From: Candidatus Velthaea sp.
GTDB lineage: Bacteria > Vulcanimicrobiota > Vulcanimicrobiia > Vulcanimicrobiales > Vulcanimicrobiaceae
DNA: 64,000 nucleotides
Direction: 5' to 3'
NCBI GenBank assembly: GCA_050012475.1
Contig: JBEKHC010000001.1
Location: forward strand, 64,001 to 128,000
Position 1 is the first letter of the stretch, and every line of letters starts with the position of its first letter. Shown in pieces: positions 35,992 through 44,749 of this stretch. Below the pieces are notes generated by a model that worked only from the letters and a program-made list of their open reading frames with translations, did not search any database and was not told where the DNA came from. Made by a program: the position numbers and the translations under genes.

Positions 35992-37821
35992 TTAGATGGC
36001 GACTTCTTCGGGTTCGTGCGCCTGGTCGCGGAACTGTTTGAAGTAGAGTTCGGCGTAGATCCCGTTGCGGGCCAGCAGGGCGGCGTGCGTGCCCGATTCG
36101 ACGATCTTGCCGTGGTCGACGACGAAGATGACGTCGGCGGAGAGAATCGTCGAGAGACGGTGCGCGATGACCAGGCTCGTGCGGCCGGCCATCAACGGAA
36201 CGAGTGCGGCCTGAATGAGCGCTTCGTTGTTGGAGTCCAGCGCGCTGGTGGCTTCGTCGAGGATGAGGATGCGCGGATTCTTGAGCAGCACGCGCGCGAT
36301 GGCCAGCCGCTGGCGTTCACCGCCCGAGAGCTTGTGGCCGCGCTCGCCGACGATCGTTTTGTAGCCGTCGGGCAGCCCGGCGATGAAATCATGGATGTTC
36401 GCGGCGCGCGCCGCGGCCACGACGTCGGCTTCGGAGGCATCGGGCTTCGCGTAACGCAGATTGGCGGCAATCGTGTCGTGGAACAGATACGTTTCTTGCG
36501 TCACGATGCCGACGTTTTCGCGCAGCGACGCCAGCGTCACGTCGCGGACGTCGTGGTTGTCGACGCGCACGACGCCGCTCTGCGGATCGTAGAATCGCGG
36601 CACGAGCTGGGTGATCGTGGTTTTGCCCGCGCCCGAAGGACCGACGAAGGCCGCCATCTGGCCCGGCGCGATGCGGAAGCTGATGCCGTCGAGCGCGGTT
36701 CGGTCCGGCGTGTAGTTGAAACGGACGTCCTCGAACGAAACCTCGCCGCGAACGGCTCCCAGGACGAGCGCCCCCGGTTTCTCCGCGCCTTCGGGCTGCA
36801 TATCGAGATACTCGAAGATTCGCTCGAAGACCGCCAGCGCACTGATGATCTGCACCTGCACGCCGGCCAGCGCCGAAGCCGGGCCGTACAGCCGCGAGAG
36901 GAACGCCACGAACGCCACGATGGTGCCGACCGAGAGCGCGGAGTTGATCGCGAAATAGCCGCCGGCAAGCCAGACGAACGCCGGACCGATGATGACCATT
37001 GCGGCGATCGCGGCCATGAACCAGCGGCCGACCATCGCCAAGCGGATCTCGAGCGCCATCAAGTCGGTGCCGACGTCGAGGAAGCGCTGCTTCTCGAACG
37101 GTTCACGCACGAACGACTTGATCAGCGTAATGCCCGAGATCGAGAGGGTCTCTTGGGTGATCGATTCGATCTCGTCGCGCTTGACCCGGGTCTGCTTGCG
37201 AATATCGTACATGCGCCGTCCGACCGGTCCCAGCGGCAAAATCATCAGCGGGACCACGGCGATCGCCACGAACGCCAAGCGCCAATCGAGCACGAAAATC
37301 GTCACCAGCGTCGTTGCGATCATCGCGATGTTGGTGACGATCGAGACCAGCGTTCCGGTGACGACGTTGTCGATGTTGTCGACGTCGGAACTGACCCGGT
37401 TCATGATCTCGCCGGTTTTGGTGTTGGTGAAGAACGACAGCGGCATCCGGTGCAGATGGGCGACCAGACTCGTGCGAATGTCACGCATGATCCCTTCGCC
37501 CACGAACGAGTTGAGGTAGCCCTGGTACACGCCGATCAGGCCGGCCGCCAAGGCGCTGATGACCATGCCCGCCACGTTGACTGCCACGCCGCCGACGGCG
37601 TGCTGGGGGATCGCGTCGTCGATGAGCCATTTGGTGAACAGCGGCGGGAGCAGCCCGAGGATCGAGCCGGCCAGGATGCACAGCAACACCAGTGCTTCCT
37701 TGCGCCAATACGGAACGAAGAAGGCCCCGATCCGGCGCCATTCGGCTTTGCGCTTGATCTTGGGCTTATCTGGGCTGAACATGTTCGACCACATGAGGTG
37801 GGTCGGAGGGCCGCCTAACAT
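35992..37821 (-). CDS. ABC exporter, fused permease/ATP-binding (MsbA/MdlB family)
   Basis: TM domain, GPSGAGKTT, LSGGERQR, ILDEATSALD. Confidence 0.93.
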   Translation of the reverse strand: MLGGPPTHLMWSNMFSPDKPKIKRKAEWRRIGAFFVPYWRKEALVLLCILAGSILGLLPPLFTKWLIDDAIPQHAVGGVAVNVAGMVISALAAGLIGVYQGYLNSFVGEGIMRDIRTSLVAHLHRMPLSFFTNTKTGEIMNRVSSDVDNIDNVVTGTLVSIVTNIAMIATTLVTIFVLDWRLAFVAIAVVPLMILPLGPVGRRMYDIRKQTRVKRDEIESITQETLSISGITLIKSFVREPFEKQRFLDVGTDLMALEIRLAMVGRWFMAAIAAMVIIGPAFVWLAGGYFAINSALSVGTIVAFVAFLSRLYGPASALAGVQVQIISALAVFERIFEYLDMQPEGAEKPGALVLGAVRGEVSFEDVRFNYTPDRTALDGISFRIAPGQMAAFVGPSGAGKTTITQLVPRFYDPQSGVVRVDNHDVRDVTLASLRENVGIVTQETYLFHDTIAANLRYAKPDASEADVVAAARAANIHDFIAGLPDGYKTIVGERGHKLSGGERQRLAIARVLLKNPRILILDEATSALDSNNEALIQAALVPLMAGRTSLVIAHRLSTILSADVIFVVDHGKIVESGTHAALLARNGIYAELYFKQFRDQAHEPEEVAI

Positions 37822-37883
37822 CTCTGCTTACGACACCGGCGACGAGGTGGGGGTTCCCGCTCGGTTGGGGGGATGATAGGCCA

Positions 37884-39008
37884 ATGATCCAGAGTTTGCT
37901 TCGCCACGATCTGACGCAGGCGCAGCATGACGGTTTGCTCGCGGTGATCATCATCGTCTTGGCGCTGGCGGTGGGCATCGTCGTGCATCGCGTCGCGTTC
38001 GGAATTCTGACCAGGCTGGCAAGCAAGCGCGAACTGACCTTTGGGATGATCGTCCGCCGCTTGAACCGGCCGGCAGCCTACATCCTCCCGTTGCTTGCGG
38101 TGCTGGCGATCGTCCCGGCGTTACAGCTGCCGGCCGCTTGGGTCAGCCGCGTCGAACACCTCACCGTCATTCTCACGATTGCAACTGCGGCGTGGGGAAT
38201 GGTCGCGCTGGTCATGCTGGGCGCCGACTACACGAAGGGCTATGGGGGCAAGCCCAGAGAGGACGACCTGCGCTTCCGCCAGATCGAGACCCGGGTCAAC
38301 ATTCTCAGCCGCGTCGCGGTCACGATCGTGGTGATCGTCGCGACCGCGACCTCGCTGATGACGTTTCCGGCCGTGCGCGCAATCGGCGCGACGCTGCTGG
38401 CGTCAGCCGGTCTGGCCGGTTTGGCCGTCGGCCTGGCGACGCGGCCGCTGCTCGAAAATCTCGTCGCTGGGATCCAGATCGCGCTGACCCAGCCGATTCG
38501 GATCGACGACGTGGTGATCGTCGAGAAAGAGTTCGGCCGGGTCGAGGAGATCACATCGACCTACGTCGTGGTCGCGCTGTGGGACCGGCGCCGGATGATC
38601 CTGCCGCTTACCTATTTCATCGACAAGCCGTTCGAGACGTGGACGCGGCATACCACGGATTTGATCGGCGTCGTGATGCTCTACACCGACTACACGATGC
38701 CCGTCGACGCCTTGCGCAGCGAACTCGATCGCGTGCTGGTAGAAACGCCGCTGTGGGACGGCGACGTCAAAGCCGTGCAAGTCACCGACACCAACATGCA
38801 CGGCATCGAAGTTCGCATTTTGGTCAGCGCGCGCAACGCTCCGACGCTCTTCGATCTGCGCTGCTTCGTGCGCGAGAAGCTCATCGCGTTCGTTGGAGAA
38901 CGCTATCCGTCGGCGTTGCCCGCGATGCGCATCGAAGCGCCGGCGCTCATGGAGCGGGCGAAAGACGCTCGCGCCATCGCCGAAGCTCTCGGGCGGCCTG
39001 GCGCTTAG
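37884..39008 (+). CDS. Mechanosensitive ion channel, MscS family
   Basis: LLASAGLAGLAVG, NLVAGIQIALTQPIRIDD, FDLRCFVREKL. Confidence 0.9.
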   Translation: MIQSLLRHDLTQAQHDGLLAVIIIVLALAVGIVVHRVAFGILTRLASKRELTFGMIVRRLNRPAAYILPLLAVLAIVPALQLPAAWVSRVEHLTVILTIATAAWGMVALVMLGADYTKGYGGKPREDDLRFRQIETRVNILSRVAVTIVVIVATATSLMTFPAVRAIGATLLASAGLAGLAVGLATRPLLENLVAGIQIALTQPIRIDDVVIVEKEFGRVEEITSTYVVVALWDRRRMILPLTYFIDKPFETWTRHTTDLIGVVMLYTDYTMPVDALRSELDRVLVETPLWDGDVKAVQVTDTNMHGIEVRILVSARNAPTLFDLRCFVREKLIAFVGERYPSALPAMRIEAPALMERAKDARAIAEALGRPGA

Positions 39009-39199
39009 GGCACCGTCCGGCGGGTAACGACCTCGACGATGTTTTGAATGCCGATCTGGAAGTAGTTCTTCGAGCTGTCGGGCGGATGCATCGATCCGCC
39101 GACGATGAGGCTCACCAGGACGATCGCGGCGCAGACGATCGGCATCGCGACGGTATTCCAAACGCTGGGCTGCGGTGCGCTTTTCCGTTCGCCGGTCAT
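39005..39199 (-). CDS. Small hypothetical membrane protein (64 aa)
   Basis: MTGERKS..; single TM AMPIVCAAIVLVSLIVGG. Confidence 0.5.
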   Translation of the reverse strand: MTGERKSAPQPSVWNTVAMPIVCAAIVLVSLIVGGSMHPPDSSKNYFQIGIQNIVEVVTRRTVP

Positions 39200-39266
39200 T
39201 CGGCGATGTTCGCTGACGGCGCGGTCGCATCCGCCCGGTGTCATCGCTCGATCGCCGCGTGCCGTG

Positions 39267-40181
39267 CTATTGCGGTGTTTTGGGCAAGCGCGCGACAAAG
39301 CGCGTCGTGTCTTCGAGGACGAGCGTTCCGCCGTGACGCCGGGCGATATGCCGGGCGATCGCGAGCCCCAGACCGCTGCCCGGGCCGTTCGGATCGGCTT
39401 TGAAAAAGCGCTCGAAGATGCGCTCGCGATCGGCCGGGTCGACGCCGGGACCGTCGTCGTCGACGCACAGCACGATCCAGCGCGTGTCGGCGCTGACGGT
39501 GACGCGCACGCGGGTGCGCGCATGGCGCAACGCGTTGTCGACGAGATTCTTGGTGAGCTGGCGCAGTGCGCGCGGTTCGCCGGTCGCGTACGCGCCCTCC
39601 GGCGGCGCCGCGAAGGTGACCTCGAGCGATCCCGGACGGTCGTTCGGGTCGCGCAGCACGGTCCGTGCCAGCGCGGCGACGTCGACGGGTTCGTGCAGCC
39701 GCCCTTCGTCCGGCGCCTCGCGGACGAGCGTCATCAGATCGGCGAGCAGCGCGGACGCCTCGAGCGCGACGTTCGCTATTTGTTGGAGCGCGCGCGACTG
39801 CGGGCTTTCGTCGAGCGGTGCCGCCTGCGCGACCGCCGCGATCGTCGCGAGCGGCGTTCGCAATTCGTGCGCCGCGTCGGCGGCGAAGCGTTCTTCGCGA
39901 GCGCGGGCGCGAACGAGGGGCTGGACCGAAACCCGGGCGAGGACGTAAGCCGCGATGCCCACGATGGCCGCCAACGGGAGATCGGCCAGCACGATCGTTT
40001 GCGCGGCGCGGCGCATCGTCGCGCCATAGGCGGCCTGGCCTTCGGGCAGTCCCAACAGCGGTTCGAGCGTCTCGTGGGCGGAGCGTGCAAAGAAAAGATA
40101 CGCGCCGGCGCTCAATGCTGCGAGCACGATCAGAAAGACGGCCAGATATGACGCGGTCAGTCGCGCGACTACTCGATTAAT
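39267..40181 (-). CDS. Two-component sensor histidine kinase
   Basis: FAADAAHELRTPL (H-box), NLVDNALRH, DDGPG, GSGLGL; the first TM extends upstream to an ATT codon at 40181. Confidence 0.88.
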   Translation of the reverse strand: MNRVVARLTASYLAVFLIVLAALSAGAYLFFARSAHETLEPLLGLPEGQAAYGATMRRAAQTIVLADLPLAAIVGIAAYVLARVSVQPLVRARAREERFAADAAHELRTPLATIAAVAQAAPLDESPQSRALQQIANVALEASALLADLMTLVREAPDEGRLHEPVDVAALARTVLRDPNDRPGSLEVTFAAPPEGAYATGEPRALRQLTKNLVDNALRHARTRVRVTVSADTRWIVLCVDDDGPGVDPADRERIFERFFKADPNGPGSGLGLAIARHIARRHGGTLVLEDTTRFVARLPKTPQ

Positions 40182-40837
40182 TTATACCCGATCCCCCAGA
40201 CGGTGACGATCCGCTTGCGAACTCCGGCGGCGGCGAGCTTGCGGCGGATCGCGCTCATGTACACGTCGACGATATTGCTTTGACCGTCGAAGGCGTCGCC
40301 CCACACGCGTTCGAGGATTTGCTCGCGCGAAACCGCCAGGTTGAGGTTGATCGCCAGATATTCCAACACGCGAAACTCCGTGGCCGCGAGCGTCACCGGC
40401 TTGCCCTTGTACGTGACGGTCCGGCCGCCTTGATCGATGACGAGGTCGCCCGCTGTCAGGGTTGCGTGCAGCGGCAGCCGCCCGCGGCGCAAGAGCGCGC
40501 GCAGCCGCGCCGCGAGTTCTTCCTCGACGAACGGCTTGACCAGATAGTCGTCAGCGCCCGCGTCCAGGCCGCGCACGCGATCCTCGACCGCGTCGCGTGC
40601 CGTGAGGATCAGGACCGGGGTCTGCACGCCGTGGTCGCGCGCGGCGCGGCAGATGGCGAACCCGTCGCGCCCGGGCAAGACGAGATCGACGACGGCGGCA
40701 TCATAACTTGCATCCAGAAGCGCGTCGAGCCCGCTGTCGCCGTCGGCGGCGACGTCCACGCCGAACTTGCGCCGTTCGAGCATCGTGCGTACGGCTGCGG
40801 CGATTTGGGCGTTGTCCTCGACGACCAGGATGCGCAC
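40169..40837 (-). CDS. OmpR/PhoB-family response regulator
   Basis: ILVVED, DLVLPG, GADDYLVKPF, SNIVDVY, TVWGIGY. Confidence 0.95.
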   Translation of the reverse strand: MRILVVEDNAQIAAAVRTMLERRKFGVDVAADGDSGLDALLDASYDAAVVDLVLPGRDGFAICRAARDHGVQTPVLILTARDAVEDRVRGLDAGADDYLVKPFVEEELAARLRALLRRGRLPLHATLTAGDLVIDQGGRTVTYKGKPVTLAATEFRVLEYLAINLNLAVSREQILERVWGDAFDGQSNIVDVYMSAIRRKLAAAGVRKRIVTVWGIGYKLIE

Positions 40838-40840
40838 GCG

Positions 40841-41974
40841 TCACTCCTTCGCCGGCCACGGGAAGCCGACCGTCAGCGCGCCTTCGAGGGTGGAGGTGCC
40901 GTTTTGAACGCGTTTGTTTTCAAGCAGCAGCCGGGCGTGCCGGCCGACCTGCGTCGCGGCATAGACGACGACGTCGCGCACGGCCGTCGGGGCCGCTGCG
41001 GCGTCGTAGCGCAGGCCGGCATAGGCGTGGTCGCCCAGCGCGTAGCGCAAGCGCAGGAAGCCGCCGCTCGAGCCGGCCTGCTCGCCGAAGCCGTCATCGT
41101 CGCCGTCGCGGCCCCACCACTGCTGACCCAGTAGGCTCCAGCGCTTGACGTGCAGGTCGGCCCCCAGCGCGCTGCGCCGGTAGTTGTCGACGAAGATCGC
41201 CCGGCCGGTGGGCGCGATGGCCCGCGCGCCGACGAGCAGATCGCCGCTGAAGGTAAGCCACGGCGTGGCTGCCGTGCGATCGAAAAGTCCGAACTCCGGC
41301 CGGTCGGGCCGCGTCGTGATCCCCGTATCGAGCGGTCGCCCGCCGTACGCGGCGCCTTTGAATTCGGCAACGGCGAGGGTGGCGGCAAGACGTGAGCTGC
41401 CGGCTTGCCGTTCGACCTCGAGACCCCAGCGCGGCTGGGCAAGGGTGAGATCGTCGAGTCCGACGTGTGTTTGTTCGTAGCCGTAGGGCGCGAGATCGTC
41501 GAGTCGCTGGCCCGGCGAATGGATCAACGGCAGCTCGAACAGACCGAATCGATACAGCATCTGCGTCGCTTCGTTGTACGTCGATAGATACGCCAAGTAG
41601 GTTCCCGACGGGCCGCCTTGCGCGCCGAGATTGTAGTGCAGAAACGCGGTGATCTTGCCAACGTCGGCATTCGAAAGCAAGACGCCGCCGGGCACGAAAC
41701 GTGCCGCGTTCGGCGCGGGATCCTTGTCGTATTCCAGCTGGTAGCGCAGCGCCACGAGCGTGGTCCCGTGCTTGGGAAGCGGCAGCCGATAACCGTGATT
41801 GCGGAAGAAGTTGCCGAACGCGTTGAGTTCGGGCAGGACCGAGTGACAAGCGCCGCATTGCAGACCGTAACGCTGAGCGAAGATCGGTATCGCTTGCGCC
41901 GGCTGCGTCCGCAGCGAGAACAGCATGCAGCACGCGGCCGCACTTGCCAGCGCCGCGCGCGCTAACAGCGTCAC
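40841..41974 (-). CDS. Cyc2-like monoheme cytochrome c / beta-barrel fusion outer-membrane protein
   Basis: Signal peptide ending AQA, then IPIFAQRYGLQCGACHSVLPELNAFGNFFRNHGY, then amphipathic beta-strand pattern ending ..LTVGFPW. Confidence 0.7.
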   Translation of the reverse strand: MTLLARAALASAAACCMLFSLRTQPAQAIPIFAQRYGLQCGACHSVLPELNAFGNFFRNHGYRLPLPKHGTTLVALRYQLEYDKDPAPNAARFVPGGVLLSNADVGKITAFLHYNLGAQGGPSGTYLAYLSTYNEATQMLYRFGLFELPLIHSPGQRLDDLAPYGYEQTHVGLDDLTLAQPRWGLEVERQAGSSRLAATLAVAEFKGAAYGGRPLDTGITTRPDRPEFGLFDRTAATPWLTFSGDLLVGARAIAPTGRAIFVDNYRRSALGADLHVKRWSLLGQQWWGRDGDDDGFGEQAGSSGGFLRLRYALGDHAYAGLRYDAAAAPTAVRDVVVYAATQVGRHARLLLENKRVQNGTSTLEGALTVGFPWPAKE

Positions 41975-41975
41975 C

Positions 41976-42458
41976 TTAGTGCACAAGGATCGCTGCCCGC
42001 ATCGGTGCGCCGTAGTGATAGAAGCAGCCGAACAGGTACGTTCCCGGCCGGTCCGCGACGAAGACCGGCGAGCTTGCGCCGGCGGCGAGATTGCCGCTCG
42101 ACCACGTACCGCTGGCGATCGATGTGCCGCTCGCGGACGGTGTGAGCGCCTGCGCGGTCAACGGAGAACTCGCGGGGAACGTCGTTCCCGCGACGGCGCT
42201 CGCGGTGTGCGCGAACGAATCTTGGTTGACGAATCGAATCTGCGTTCCCACCGGCACGCTGAGCTGCGCCGGCGCATACCCCGCCGACGTGCCCGGGGCG
42301 AGCGACGTTGCGGCGAACGCGGTAAGGCTGACGTCGATCGTCGTGACGCCGGCAACGGAAGCCGACATTGCGCCGGGCGCGCCGTCGGTGCACGCCGAGA
42401 GTCCGACGACACTTGCGCCGAGCATGCCGGCTGCGAGCGAGATGTGCAGGGAGTTCAT
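41976..42458 (-). CDS. Plastocyanin/cupredoxin-family type-1 copper lipoprotein
   Basis: Lipobox LSAC; NQDSFAH..PGTYLFGCFYHYGAPM gives H/C/H/M ligands. Confidence 0.85.
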   Translation of the reverse strand: MNSLHISLAAGMLGASVVGLSACTDGAPGAMSASVAGVTTIDVSLTAFAATSLAPGTSAGYAPAQLSVPVGTQIRFVNQDSFAHTASAVAGTTFPASSPLTAQALTPSASGTSIASGTWSSGNLAAGASSPVFVADRPGTYLFGCFYHYGAPMRAAILVH

Positions 42459-42462
42459 GCTG

Positions 42463-42547
42463 CGACGCTACGGTGCGCGGATGAAAAATCTCTGAACGTC
42501 TGGCGCTGCGGTGTTCAGGCTTTTTTCAGAGCGCGCACGTAGCGTCG
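42463..42547. promoter_or_regulatory. Mirror-image divergent promoter pair with OmpR-type direct repeats
   Basis: Plus TTCAG-N6-TTCAG-N10-TAGCGT; minus TTCAG-N6-TTCAT-N10-TAGCGT. Confidence 0.7.
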
Positions 42548-42573
42548 GGAGGCATATCGCATCGCCTGAAAGG

Positions 42574-43146
42574 ATGCCACTCGTGCTCGATCATCGCCAC
42601 GTCTTTCCCCTGGCCGCGACCCTCGCGGTTTCCGCGCTTGCCGCGTGCGGAGGCGGCGGCTCGTCATCATCGCTTCCGCTCACGACACCGAGCAGCCCGG
42701 TTGCCGCAACCGCCGTGCCGACGGCCGTTCCCACCGCGGCGCCGACGGTCGCGCCTGCCGCCGCGCCGCTCGCGACCGCGATGCTCGCGGGCGCGCCGGG
42801 TTTCGTCAACGCGCAATCGCACACCGTGTATGTTTTCGACGCCGATCTCGCTGCGCCGGGCACGTCGACGTGCAACGGACAGTGCGCCACGGTCTGGCCG
42901 TTTGTCCCGGCTGCGGCCAACGCCGCTTTCCCCGCACCGTTCACGGCGATCAAACGCGCCGACGGAACGCTGCAGTTAGCGTATGCCGGACGCCCGCTCT
43001 ACACGTACATCGCCGACAGCGCCCCAGGATCGATTGCCGGCAACGGCATCACGTCCTTCGGCGCGGTTTGGCATATCGCGCGGCCTACGGGAGCCGCCGG
43101 CGCGACACCGTCGCCGACGACTGCGCCAACGGCCGGACCGTATTGA
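42574..43146 (+). CDS. Secreted lipoprotein with Lipoprotein_15 (COG4315-like) repeats
   Basis: Lipobox LAAC; TVYVFDAD..STCNGQCATVWP, QLAYAGRPLYTY..GNG..W. Confidence 0.8.
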   Translation: MPLVLDHRHVFPLAATLAVSALAACGGGGSSSSLPLTTPSSPVAATAVPTAVPTAAPTVAPAAAPLATAMLAGAPGFVNAQSHTVYVFDADLAAPGTSTCNGQCATVWPFVPAAANAAFPAPFTAIKRADGTLQLAYAGRPLYTYIADSAPGSIAGNGITSFGAVWHIARPTGAAGATPSPTTAPTAGPY

Positions 43147-43664
43147 TGAAAATGACCGCTGCGCCGGTGCTCGTGCTTTGTTTGGCGAGCGCCGGCGTCG
43201 CACACGCGAGTTCGCCGGCCGATACGGTGCTCGTCGATCAGCGCGGCGCGGCGTTCACGTTGAGCGCATTGCGCGGCGCGCCGCTGATCGTCGCTTTTGT
43301 GGCGACGCGTTGCACCGACGCGTGTCCGCTCGTCGGCGCCTTGTTCGCGCAGCTTGCCCGGGCGCGCATCGCGGCCGAACTCGTCACGATAACGCTCGAC
43401 CCGGGCTACGACACGCCGTTCGTGATGTCGCGTTACGCGCGCGCCTGGGGCGCGTTGGCTCCGCACTGGCGCATGGCTTCGGGAAAACCGGCCGCTGTCG
43501 AGACGGTCATCGCTGCGCTGGGCGTGCAGCGCGCCGCCGCCGACGTGCACTCGACGTTCGTGTATTGCCTCGATGCGCGCGGCCGGCTGGTGCAGACACT
43601 CCCGCTGTCGACCGACACGGCCCGCGAGGTGCGCGTTTGGCTTGCGGGCGGCTCGCGGCACTAA
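43146..43664 (+). CDS. SCO1/SenC family copper chaperone
   Basis: LVDQRG, ATRCTDACP (CxxxC), TLDPGYDTP, conserved His in VHST. Confidence 0.85.
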   Translation: MKMTAAPVLVLCLASAGVAHASSPADTVLVDQRGAAFTLSALRGAPLIVAFVATRCTDACPLVGALFAQLARARIAAELVTITLDPGYDTPFVMSRYARAWGALAPHWRMASGKPAAVETVIAALGVQRAAADVHSTFVYCLDARGRLVQTLPLSTDTAREVRVWLAGGSRH

Positions 43665-44467
43665 AACCGGTCGCGCAAATCGAGCGCCAAACTGCGCAGC
43701 GTTACATCGGACGCGTCGCGGGCGGCGCGGTCGAACGCCGCGCGCGCTTCGGCGCGCCGGCCGAGCCGGACGAACACGGTCGCGAGCGCAAAGCGTGCGC
43801 GCGCGTAACCGGGGTCGATGGCAAGCGCGCGGTCGAGTTCGGCCTCGGCCGCCTCGAAACGGGAGCTGCGGATTTCGATCAGTGCCAGGTCGTAGTGCGC
43901 GATCGCGTAGGCCGGATCGCCCGCGGCCAAGGCGCGAAAATCAGCCCGCGCGGTCGGCAGATCGCCGCTGCGCAACGCGACGATGCCGCGCTCGTAGCGA
44001 GCCCGGGCCGACGCGGGTGCGATGGCGACGAACCGGTCCGCGGCGGTGCGGGCGGCCGCGATATCCCCAGCCAGCACGTCGGTGGTCACCAAGTTTGCCG
44101 CGGCCGCGGCGAAACCCGGATCGCGCTCGAGCGCTTCTTCGAGCAACCGTTTGGCGGCGCTGTACTCGCCGCTGCGGGCGCGCGCGATGGCCAGATCGTA
44201 GCGCGCCGTCGAGCCTTTGGGTTCGGGCGGATTCAGCTCGATGATGCGCTCGAATTCGGGCGCCGCGGCGGCCCAATCGCCGCGCCCTTCAGCGTCGAGT
44301 CCGCGCTTGAAACGCTCGTGAATCTCGCGTTCGACCGCCAGCGCCTGCAACCGGGCCGGATCCAGCGTGTGCGGAACGCTGGTCGTCGCCGGGTAGATCT
44401 GGGCAGCGACCGGCCCGGTCAGCGCCGCGGCCACGCCGATTGCGCCCAACACTGCGCCCAGCCGCAT
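43661..44467 (-). CDS. Secreted TPR-repeat protein
   Basis: Signal peptide; repeated A..ALxxDP.yA.A..nL motifs. Confidence 0.82.
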   Translation of the reverse strand: MRLGAVLGAIGVAAALTGPVAAQIYPATTSVPHTLDPARLQALAVEREIHERFKRGLDAEGRGDWAAAAPEFERIIELNPPEPKGSTARYDLAIARARSGEYSAAKRLLEEALERDPGFAAAAANLVTTDVLAGDIAAARTAADRFVAIAPASARARYERGIVALRSGDLPTARADFRALAAGDPAYAIAHYDLALIEIRSSRFEAAEAELDRALAIDPGYARARFALATVFVRLGRRAEARAAFDRAARDASDVTLRSLALDLRDRF

Positions 44468-44719
44468 TCAACGCCGATCCGCGGGCAGTTCGGCGGCCTG
44501 CGCACGCGCCGCGCGCGCCGCGTGTTCCGGAGTGCAGTCCCAGCCGACCCGGCCGGATTCGGTGATCGGCCCGAGCAAGTCCGCAGATGCGCTGGGTTGG
44601 AGTTGTGAGCGGGCCAGATCGTCCAAGGTGGCCTCGGCGCTCAGGGCGGCCCCGCCTGCCGCCGCCAGCACCGCCAGCAGCGTTAGGAGCACGGTCCATC
44701 GGAGCCCCAGACCAATCAT
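44468..44719 (-). CDS. Small hypothetical exported protein (83 aa)
   Basis: MIGLGLRWTVLLTLLAVLAAAGG signal-like start; stop abuts the TPR gene start. Confidence 0.5.
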   Translation of the reverse strand: MIGLGLRWTVLLTLLAVLAAAGGAALSAEATLDDLARSQLQPSASADLLGPITESGRVGWDCTPEHAARAARAQAAELPADRR

Positions 44720-44749
44720 CGGCGCATCATAGCATCCAATCGTGAAGCA

